Assembly (NCBI GenBank): GCA_049997815.1
Contig: JBEKVQ010000002.1
Span: 10,483-74,482 of the forward strand
Length of the DNA: 64,000 nucleotides
Origin: Minisyncoccia bacterium
GTDB taxonomy: Bacteria > Patescibacteriota > Minisyncoccia > UBA6257 > GWB1-50-10
Direction: 5' to 3'
Shown: positions 56,461 to 64,000 of the stretch, in pieces
Layout of the letters: each line of letters starts with the position of its first letter
Numbering within the stretch: the first letter of the stretch is position 1
Translations under genes and position numbers: made by a program
The notes under the pieces: generated by a model
Database searches by the model: none
Seen by the model: the letters and a program-made list of their open reading frames with translations, nothing else
What the model was told of the DNA's origin: nothing

Positions 56461-57618
56461 ATGAAGCCGAAAAGGATATATCTGGATTTTGCCGCTTCAA
56501 CACCAACGGACCCGGCGGTAGTGAAGGCGATGATGCCCTATTTTACGGAAGAGTTTGGAAACCCCGGTTCGTTGCATTCTTTCGGACAGGAAGCGCAGGG
56601 TGCGGTGGACAAAGCCCGCGAGTCGGTTGCGAAGGCGATTGGCGCAGATTTCCGGGAAGTGATTTTTACGGGGTCGGCGACGGAAGCAAACAACCTCGTT
56701 TTACGCGGGGTGACCGGGGCGGCACGACCCATCAGGCCAAAAATCATTATTAGTAGCATTGAACACGAATCGATTCTAGATACCGCGAGAGATTTGGAGA
56801 AAGACGCCTGCCTGCGCAGGCAGGGTGTGGAGATGGTTTATATCCCGGTGGACAAAAAGGGCATTGTCGACATTGAGAAAATAAAAGACGCATTGGACGG
56901 ACGAACCACTCTCGTTTCTGTAATGTACGTGAATAACGAGATCGGAAGCATCCAGCCCATTCAGGAAATTTCCAGACTAATCAAGAATTCCGGCGGGCAC
57001 GCGCTCCTACATACGGACGCCGCTCAGGCATTTAACTATTTTGATTGTAATGTTAAAAAACTCGGCGTGGATTTAATGACGCTTTCCGGGCAGAAAATTT
57101 ACGGTCCCAAGGGAATCGGGGCTCTGTATGTCGGTAAATCCGCGCAGGAAAAATTAAAACCCATCGTCACCGGGGGCGGACAGGAGTTCGGATTGCGTTC
57201 CGGCACCGAAAACGTTGCGGCTATCGTCGGTTTCGGGAAGGCAGTTGAACTGGCGGAAAAAAGCAGGAGTAAGAATACGAAAGAGGTCAAAGCACTCAAG
57301 GATTATTTCTGGCGCGGGCTCAAGAAATTCTATCCGCAGGCCGAGATGAATGGCGATTCAAAAGCACCCCATATCCTGAACGTTTATTTTCCCACGGAGT
57401 ATGCTGGCGACCTGCTCGTAAAGCTCGATATTGCCGGCGTGGCCGCTTCCGCCGGTTCGGCCTGCTCGGCCCGGTCTTATGCTCCGTCCCCGGTCCTCCA
57501 GGCACTCGGGCTTTCGCAAGAACGGGTGCGGGGAAGCTTGCGGTTCAGTTTCGGAAAAACCCTGAAAACTGAGGATATGAAAAGGGCGTTGAAACAAATT
57601 GAGGGAGTTATTCGTTAA
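56461..57618 (+). CDS. iscS: Cysteine desulfurase (IscS/NifS family)
   Basis: YLDFAAST, GNPGSLH, ATEANN, HTDAAQA, SGQKIYGPKG, SAGSAC, LRFSFG. Confidence 0.93.
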   Translation: MKPKRIYLDFAASTPTDPAVVKAMMPYFTEEFGNPGSLHSFGQEAQGAVDKARESVAKAIGADFREVIFTGSATEANNLVLRGVTGAARPIRPKIIISSIEHESILDTARDLEKDACLRRQGVEMVYIPVDKKGIVDIEKIKDALDGRTTLVSVMYVNNEIGSIQPIQEISRLIKNSGGHALLHTDAAQAFNYFDCNVKKLGVDLMTLSGQKIYGPKGIGALYVGKSAQEKLKPIVTGGGQEFGLRSGTENVAAIVGFGKAVELAEKSRSKNTKEVKALKDYFWRGLKKFYPQAEMNGDSKAPHILNVYFPTEYAGDLLVKLDIAGVAASAGSACSARSYAPSPVLQALGLSQERVRGSLRFSFGKTLKTEDMKRALKQIEGVIR

Positions 57619-57708
57619 TATAATTACGGAATAGGTTGACCCAAATCCGGAATCTCCTAGAATTATTAAATAAGAACCCTTTTGTCCAAGGGGCAGTAAG
57701 TAAAAAAT

Positions 57709-58494
57709 ATGGAAAAAACAAAACAGTATTTAAATATCGCGATAATAATAGCGCTTTTGGTCGGAGCATATTCGGTGTGGTCCTACGCCTCAAGTTACGG
57801 GGAATCGATTCAGCCGTCGTCCTTCCGGAGTTTTTCGGTTTCGGGCGAAGGAAAAATTGTGGCGGTGCCGGACGTGGCCCAGTTTGATTTCAGTGTCGTT
57901 ACCGAGGGCGGTAAAGATCTCGGTTCTCTCCAGGCGGATAATACGAAGAAGGTGAACTCCGCGATAGATTTCGTGAAGACGAATGGCGTCGACAGTAAGG
58001 ATATCCAGACGCAGAACTACAGCATTTCTCCCCGCTATCAAACGTACAATTGTTATCGTCCCCTCGATTCTGTGAACGTCCAGCCGTGTCCGCCCGCCGA
58101 GATAGTGGGCTATTCAGTGAGCCAGGACGTGCAAGTGAAGATCCGCGACTTCTCGAAAATCGGCGATATATTGGGCGGTGTGGTGAAAGCCGGCGCGAAC
58201 ACTGTCTCCCAACTTCAGTTCACTATCGATGACCCCGATTCCGTAAAATCTCAAGCACGCGCCGAGGCGATAACGAAAGCCAGAGCAAAGGCGAAAGAAG
58301 TGGCGAAGGCCGGCGGTTTCAGCGTGGGGCGGTTGTTGGGTATAGACGAATCCGGTCCCTCGCCAATCTACTATAGTTACGATACGGGTGGCGCGGCCAT
58401 GGAAAAAAGCGTGGCGGCGGTTCCGGCCCCCTCGATCGAGCCCGGTTCCCAGGATGTGACGGTGGATGTAACGTTGCGCTACGAAATTCGTTAA
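57709..58494 (+). CDS. SIMPL domain (DUF541) protein
   Basis: VSGEG..VPD, IQTQNYSISPRY, ARAEAI..A..KA, IEPGSQ.V.V. Confidence 0.92.
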   Translation: MEKTKQYLNIAIIIALLVGAYSVWSYASSYGESIQPSSFRSFSVSGEGKIVAVPDVAQFDFSVVTEGGKDLGSLQADNTKKVNSAIDFVKTNGVDSKDIQTQNYSISPRYQTYNCYRPLDSVNVQPCPPAEIVGYSVSQDVQVKIRDFSKIGDILGGVVKAGANTVSQLQFTIDDPDSVKSQARAEAITKARAKAKEVAKAGGFSVGRLLGIDESGPSPIYYSYDTGGAAMEKSVAAVPAPSIEPGSQDVTVDVTLRYEIR

Positions 58495-58514
58495 TAAAAA
58501 TTAGGTAGGACAAC

Positions 58515-59738
58515 ATGAACAAGAAAATTATAGCCATAATCATCACGGCTGGGCTTATCGGCGGTTTTTTCGGCTCGCTTGCGGCCTCCGATCTAGCGAG
58601 AGCGAGCGTTTTGGATAATATTTGGAATTTCATCACCGGTTCGAACGCGACGTCGACCCCTTTAACTGCGCCGGCGAAGGCCGTAACGCCGTACGCGCCG
58701 ACCATCGATTACGAGCAGGCGATAATAAGCGCAGTAGAAAAGGCCTCGCCCTCGGTGGTTTCGGTCGTCATCTCAAAAGATCTTCCGGTTATAGAGCAGT
58801 GTCCTTACAGCCCCTGGAGCAATTTGCCTCCGGAGTTCCAGCAATTTTTCGGCGGCGATAATCCGCAATTCACCCAACCATGCGATACCGGGAAGACCCA
58901 GAGGCAGGAAGTAGGCGGCGGTAGCGGATTCATCATTTCTTCGGATGGAATGATTTTGACGAACAAGCACGTGGTCTCGGACACGAGCGCCGATTACACC
59001 GTGCTCACTAACGACGGCAAAAAGTACGATGCGAAAGTTCTGGCGCGCGACCCGGCCCAGGATCTGGCGGTCTTGAAGATAGATGCGAACGATTTGCCGG
59101 TCGTGTCCCTTGGTGATTCGGACTCGATAAAACTCGGCCAGACAGCAATTGCGATCGGGAATGCCTTAGGCGAGTTCCGGAACACGGTCTCGGTAGGCGC
59201 CATTTCCGGCCTATACCGCTCCATTACTGCTTCCGGCGGCTCATTCGGTTCAGAGTCGCTTCAGAACTTGATCCAGACGGATGCATTGAACCTTAAAGGT
59301 GAGGTTGTCGGCATCGATACGGCTGTTGCCTCGGACGCCCAGAACATCGGTTTTGCCATTCCCATCAATCAGGCCAAGCGGGATATTCAATCGGTGAAGG
59401 CGACCGGAAGCATAAAGATACCGTATCTGGGCGTGCGTTATATCGCGGTCACGTCCGATGTCGTGAAGAGCCAGAAGCTTTCGGTTGATCACGGCGCGCT
59501 CGTGCGCGGAAGTCAGGACGGTCCGGCGGTGATAAAGGGCTCTCCGGCCGATAAGGCGGGAGTTCAGGCGGAGGATATAATTTTGGAAGTGAACGGCGTG
59601 AAGGTGGATGAAAATAATGCTCTCACAAATCTGGTTCAGCGCTACAATATTGGCGACACCATCACCCTTAAAATCCAGAGGGGGGATAAAACGCTCGATA
59701 TTCCGGTGACTTTAACTGAACGGCCCGCGAATCAGTAG
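58515..59738 (+). CDS. HtrA/DegP-like protein with PDZ domain, lacking the GNSGG catalytic-serine motif
   Basis: GGGSGFII, TNKHVV, DLAVLKI, AIGNALG, IQTDA|LNLKG, GFAIP, PDZ. Confidence 0.9.
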   Translation: MNKKIIAIIITAGLIGGFFGSLAASDLARASVLDNIWNFITGSNATSTPLTAPAKAVTPYAPTIDYEQAIISAVEKASPSVVSVVISKDLPVIEQCPYSPWSNLPPEFQQFFGGDNPQFTQPCDTGKTQRQEVGGGSGFIISSDGMILTNKHVVSDTSADYTVLTNDGKKYDAKVLARDPAQDLAVLKIDANDLPVVSLGDSDSIKLGQTAIAIGNALGEFRNTVSVGAISGLYRSITASGGSFGSESLQNLIQTDALNLKGEVVGIDTAVASDAQNIGFAIPINQAKRDIQSVKATGSIKIPYLGVRYIAVTSDVVKSQKLSVDHGALVRGSQDGPAVIKGSPADKAGVQAEDIILEVNGVKVDENNALTNLVQRYNIGDTITLKIQRGDKTLDIPVTLTERPANQ

Positions 59739-59739
59739 G

Positions 59740-59767
59740 AAAAACACTCCCGCAAGGGAGTGTTTTT
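59740..59767. terminator. Intrinsic terminator
   Basis: AAAAACACTCCC-GCAA-GGGAGTGTTTTT. Confidence 0.8.
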
Positions 59768-59852
59768 AATTGGTGGGATTTCGCTATAATTAAGGGAAGT
59801 TCAATAGTTCTTTTTTAGAACTCCAAAGGTCGAGAAAAATAACATTAAAAAT

Positions 59853-60485
59853 ATGAAGAAATTTATTATTGTTGCTTCTCTCACCGTTCTCGCTATACCG
59901 GTTCTTTCTTTCGCCCAAAGCAGCTCGTCTTGTGGGATGCCGGTTAATCCGGCAACCGCGGCTGATTGGATAAACACAATCTCTTGCTTACAAAGCCGTA
60001 TCAGTAATCTTGAAAGCCGCATAAGCGCTCTGGAGTCGCGGGGTATAAGTTATCCGACAACTCCGGGCGGACAGACCGTGCCGATACCAAGCTATCCAAC
60101 CACTCCGACAACTCCAATCGGTGTTCCCGCCACCCCAGTTATCCCTTCAAATGGTGGAGCCACCATTCCTGGCGGTCCTATCGGCACGCCAGCCACGCCG
60201 ATTTATGGCGGCGCGACAAGTGTCGGCACCGTTCAACAGGGTGTCACGAGCGATGCAGTGAAAGCGGTTCAGACCTTCCTCCGGTCAGCCGGAACGTTTA
60301 ATACGGCTCCAACCGGATATTTCGGAACGGTCACGAAGAGCGCGGTTCAGCAATTCCAGGCCGCTCAGGGACTGACCCAGACCGGCACGGTTGACCAGGC
60401 GACACTGAATAAGATTCAGACGTTAGCGCCTCAAGTTGCGCCGAGCACAGCGGCGACATTACAGCAGGTAAAAGTATCGCAGTAG
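59853..60485 (+). CDS. Secreted peptidoglycan-binding domain protein
   Basis: Signal peptide, coiled coil, P/T-rich linker, TGYFG.VTKSAVQQFQ...TGTVD PG-binding motif. Confidence 0.88.
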   Translation: MKKFIIVASLTVLAIPVLSFAQSSSSCGMPVNPATAADWINTISCLQSRISNLESRISALESRGISYPTTPGGQTVPIPSYPTTPTTPIGVPATPVIPSNGGATIPGGPIGTPATPIYGGATSVGTVQQGVTSDAVKAVQTFLRSAGTFNTAPTGYFGTVTKSAVQQFQAAQGLTQTGTVDQATLNKIQTLAPQVAPSTAATLQQVKVSQ

Positions 60486-60545
60486 AAGATATCCACGGTC
60501 TTCTTTAGTGGTTCGAAAGAGGGGAATATTCACCCCTCTTTTGAA

Positions 60546-60572
60546 TTAGCACTCAATATTGACTCTTGCTAA
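60546..60572 (+). promoter_or_regulatory. CIRCE-like (HrcA) operator upstream of clpB
   Basis: TTAGCACTC-N9-tctTGCTAA, overlapping a TTGACT -35. Confidence 0.65.
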
Positions 60573-60611
60573 TCTTATAAAAATCGCCTATCATCGGGTA
60601 TAATAAAACAA

Positions 60612-63278
60612 ATGCCGAATTTCCAACGTTTCACCATTAAGGCCCAGGAGGCGCTCCAGAACGCCCAAGAGTCGGTGGCCCGGTACAATCACGGGGAATT
60701 GAAAGCCCTCCATCTTTTGTCCGCGCTTTTAAGCGACGAGCAGACGCTCGTGCGGCCCCTTCTCGTGCGCTCGAACGTTAACGTCTCCGAGTTGGAACGT
60801 GCGACATCGGAAGCGCTCCAGAATTTTCCCAAGATATTCGCGGCTGGCGGCGTCGGCCAACTTTATCTTTCCCAGGAACTGATGAAGATTTTGGATAAGG
60901 CAGGCGAGATAGCGCTCAAATTCAAAGATGAATTCATCTCATGCGAACATTTACTCATGGCGCTTCTGGATGTCCCATCGTCGGCTCAGGAGCTTTTGAA
61001 CCGCTTCGGAGCGCGGAGGGAGGTTTTGGGACGAACGCTTGCTCAGCTTCGCGGTTCGGTCCGGGTTACGGACGAGACTCCGGAGAGCAAGTTCCAAGTT
61101 CTTGAGAAGTATGCGGTGAATCTCACCCAAAAAGCGCGGGATGGGAAACTGGACCCGGTCATCGGCCGCGAGGATGAACTCCGGCGCCTGATGCAGATAC
61201 TCTCCAGGCGGACGAAAAATAATCCAGTTCTCATTGGTGAACCGGGCGTGGGAAAGACCGCTATTGTGGAGGGCCTAGCCCAGAAGATAATTGCGGGCGA
61301 TATTCCCGAAACGCTCAAGAACAAGGAGGTTGTAATGCTCGACATTGGCTCTCTCGTCGCCGGCACCAAGTTCCGCGGAGAGTTTGAGGACCGCTTCAAG
61401 GCGTTTCTGAAAGAAGTTCAAAATTCGGAGGGGAAGATAATCCTTTTCATTGACGAAATTCATATGATAGTCGGAGCGGGCCAAGCCGAGGGCGCAATTG
61501 ATGCGGCAAACATGCTGAAGCCGGCCCTGGCGCGCGGCGAGCTTCATGCGATTGGCGCAACCACGCTCAAGGAATATCAAAAATACATCGAGAAGGATGC
61601 GGCCTTGGAGCGCCGTTTCCAACCGATCTTGGTTGAAGAGCCGACGGTGGAGGACTCCATCTCCATTCTCCGCGGGCTCAAGGAAAAATACGAAATGCAT
61701 CACGGTTTGAAGATTACGGATAACGCGATAATCGCAGCCGTGAATTTGGGCGCGCGCTATATTACGGATAGATTCTTGCCGGACAAGGCCGTGGACCTGA
61801 TAGACGAGGCGGCCGCGGCGAGGCGATTGGAATCGGATAGCTTGCCGCGCGAGATAGAGAAGGTTAGGAAGGAAATTACCCAGCTTGAGGTGGAAAAATC
61901 CGCCCTGATGAAGGAATCAAAAGGACAGCCCGGTAAGAAGAGCGTGAAAAAATCTCCGCGACTCAAGGAGGTGGAAAAAGAATTGAAGGGTTTGAAAGAA
62001 AGGAATGATGAACTCTCCGCCCAGTGGCAGGGAGAAAAAATCGGAGTGGAGAATCTCCATGACCTGCGGCGGGAGATAGAGGACTTGAAGCGAGCGGCCG
62101 AAGTGGCCGAGCGAGAGGGGAACTTCGACCGCGTGGCACAGATCCGCTACGGCGAGCTTCCCAAATCCGAAAAACGTTATTCTGATCTGGAGAAGAAGTA
62201 CGAAAACAAAACGAAGGCCAAGAAAAGCGCCGGCGGACATTTCATAAAAGAAACGGTGGATGAGGAAGACATTGCGGCCGTAGTTTCCCGGTGGACCGGG
62301 ATTCCGATGTCGCGGATGCTTGAATCCGAAATGAATAAATTATCCCGCATTGAAGAGGCCCTGGAGGAGCGAGTGGTCGGCCAAAAAGAAGCGATTGAGG
62401 CAGTTGCCAGAGCTCTTAGGCGCTCGCGCGCTGGCCTGGCTGACGAAGACCGCCCATCGGGCTCGTTCATGTTCCTGGGTCCCACGGGCGTAGGCAAGAC
62501 CGAGCTCGCCAGGGCTTTGGCCGAGTTCATGTTCAACGACGAAAAAGCGCTCGTGCGGATAGACATGTCCGAATACATGGAACGGCATGCGGTTTCGCGC
62601 CTAATAGGGTCCCCGCCCGGCTACGTCGGCCACGAAGAAGGCGGCCAGCTCACCGAGATAATCCGCCACCGGCCTTACAGCCTGATACTTTTTGATGAAA
62701 TTGAAAAAGCCCACCCCGAAGTGTTCAATATCCTTCTTCAGATGCTCGACAACGGTCGGCTCACCGATTCCAAGGGCAAGGTGGTGAATTTCAAGAATGC
62801 GGTCATCATTCTCACGTCGAATGTCGGAAGTGATTACTTCCGCGAGATGTCCGGTTTGGGTTTCAATTCCGGAAAGAGTGAGGAAGAATTTCAGAATAAG
62901 GAGGAAAAGTTCCGCGACCAGGTGATGGGAGCACTCCGCGATACCTTCCGTCCGGAATTTTTGAACCGCTTGGACGAAACGATCATATTCAACTCGCTCA
63001 CTCCGGCGGTGGTGGAAAAGATAGTGGATATCCAGCTCGAGGAGGTGAAAAAACGTCTGGCCGAGAAGGGGATGACCCTGAATATCCGGGCTGAGGTCAA
63101 GAAGTATCTGGTTCAAAACGGCTTTGATCCGGATTTCGGCGCCCGACCGGTAAAACGCCTCATCCAAAAAGTGATTGTGGACGCTCTGGCCGATAAAATA
63201 GTCCGGGGTTCGCTCAAAGATGGTCAAAAAATTAACGTCGTTCTTACGAAAGACAACCGGGTGGAAATTGCCCGCTAA
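60612..63278 (+). CDS. clpB: Chaperone ClpB
   Basis: Clp-N domain, [21 protein letters not shown], coiled-coil M domain, [19 protein letters not shown]. Confidence 0.96.
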   Translation: MPNFQRFTIKAQEALQNAQESVARYNHGELKALHLLSALLSDEQTLVRPLLVRSNVNVSELERATSEALQNFPKIFAAGGVGQLYLSQELMKILDKAGEIALKFKDEFISCEHLLMALLDVPSSAQELLNRFGARREVLGRTLAQLRGSVRVTDETPESKFQVLEKYAVNLTQKARDGKLDPVIGREDELRRLMQILSRRTKNNPVLIGEPGVGKTAIVEGLAQKIIAGDIPETLKNKEVVMLDIGSLVAGTKFRGEFEDRFKAFLKEVQNSEGKIILFIDEIHMIVGAGQAEGAIDAANMLKPALARGELHAIGATTLKEYQKYIEKDAALERRFQPILVEEPTVEDSISILRGLKEKYEMHHGLKITDNAIIAAVNLGARYITDRFLPDKAVDLIDEAAAARRLESDSLPREIEKVRKEITQLEVEKSALMKESKGQPGKKSVKKSPRLKEVEKELKGLKERNDELSAQWQGEKIGVENLHDLRREIEDLKRAAEVAEREGNFDRVAQIRYGELPKSEKRYSDLEKKYENKTKAKKSAGGHFIKETVDEEDIAAVVSRWTGIPMSRMLESEMNKLSRIEEALEERVVGQKEAIEAVARALRRSRAGLADEDRPSGSFMFLGPTGVGKTELARALAEFMFNDEKALVRIDMSEYMERHAVSRLIGSPPGYVGHEEGGQLTEIIRHRPYSLILFDEIEKAHPEVFNILLQMLDNGRLTDSKGKVVNFKNAVIILTSNVGSDYFREMSGLGFNSGKSEEEFQNKEEKFRDQVMGALRDTFRPEFLNRLDETIIFNSLTPAVVEKIVDIQLEEVKKRLAEKGMTLNIRAEVKKYLVQNGFDPDFGARPVKRLIQKVIVDALADKIVRGSLKDGQKINVVLTKDNRVEIAR

Positions 63279-64000
63279 GGCGGGAGCGGTCTCCTTGGCG
63301 TTCGGTCTCCTCGCCTGGACCGGTTTCTCTTTCTGGCCGGTGCTGATATTTATTGTGGCGACTTCGGCTGTCTACTTTTCGGAGTCGCCGGAGAGAAAAG
63401 CTCTGCGTTCCTCCTTTTGGCTTCTCGCTGTTTTCGGATTATTGGGAGCGGCCATCCCGCTCGGTTTTTCCGGTGCGCCGTTTCATGGATTGATATCGGT
63501 TTTTATGATGGTCGTCTTCGGCATTCTCGCCTTCGGATGGCTTGGCTTGGTGAGCTCGTCATTCAACGACCGGCTTCTGGTCCACAACCTCCTGAACGCG
63601 GCCCTGGCGGCATTCTTCTTCGTCTTGGCGTTCTATCTCACGCCGAGCCTTGAAAGTGAGAGTGCCTTCGCCCTTATCGCATGGTTTTTGGCCGTTTTCC
63701 TGGGCACGCTTCTTCTTCTCACCGAGTCGCTGTCCTTTGAAGTTTCTCTTCGGGGTCGGGGGTTAAAACTGACCACTTGGTCCTTTGCCCTGATATTGGC
63801 GGAGGTATCGGTTTTAGCCTCCTTTTTACCCGCCGGTTTCCTTGATGCCGCCGCCTTTCTTACCCTCTTCTACATACTCGGTCGGGATGCGATTTTGAGC
63901 CATTTTAGGGGTTTTTTGAGCTTCTCCCTGATCTTCACCGAGCTCACCATCTTTGCCGTGGTTTTGGGTCTGATATTCGCCACCGTAACCTGGGTGTTGC
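63220..64000 (+). CDS. Multi-pass membrane protein, runs off window end
   Basis: Hydrophobic frame from ATG 63220 (or TTG 63268), translated by hand at the start and end; no stop seen before the window edge. Confidence 0.65.
   Translation, partial: MVKKLTSFLRKTTGWKLPAKAGAVSLAFGLLAWTGFSFWPVLIFIVATSAVYFSESPERKALRSSFWLLAVFGLLGAAIPLGFSGAPFHGLISVFMMVVFGILAFGWLGLVSSSFNDRLLVHNLLNAALAAFFFVLAFYLTPSLESESAFALIAWFLAVFLGTLLLLTESLSFEVSLRGRGLKLTTWSFALILAEVSVLASFLPAGFLDAAAFLTLFYILGRDAILSHFRGFLSFSLIFTELTIFAVVLGLIFATVTWVL

Overview
This 64 kb window looks like the chromosome of a Patescibacteria/CPR bacterium, probably Parcubacteria. That is an inference from the gene content, the divergent ArgRS/IleRS/L35 sequences and tRNAs that do not encode CCA. 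Genetic code 11 fits. The housekeeping backbone includes murI, murB, infC-rpmI-rplT, smpB/ssrA, argS, ileS, trpS, rnj, secG, HU, rny, gpmI, znuBC, dcd, an iscS-like desulfurase, htrA and clpB, plus six tRNA genes. The most striking feature is a ~7.5 kb array directly downstream of tRNA-His (43757-51310). There, 1-3-gene cassettes, mostly for surface or membrane proteins, are separated by seven copies of a 28-bp direct repeat (RGTTCTAACGTCYYYYACTACGCGACCC). The repeat's minus strand keeps a conserved peptide (GRVVEDVRT.I...C.P), and no integrase is present in the window. This looks like an integron-like, tRNA-anchored gene-capture array. Other oddities are a group I intron in tRNA-Phe next to a free-standing HNH nuclease, and inverted plus direct copies of the 3' ends of tmRNA and tRNA-Pro. 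There are also short palindromic insertions inside genes and inside the array repeats, a histidine-phosphatase domain inside IleRS, and an HtrA lacking its catalytic-serine loop. A nuclease-like gene is split by one in-frame TAG. All calls come from reading the sequence; no database searches were run.
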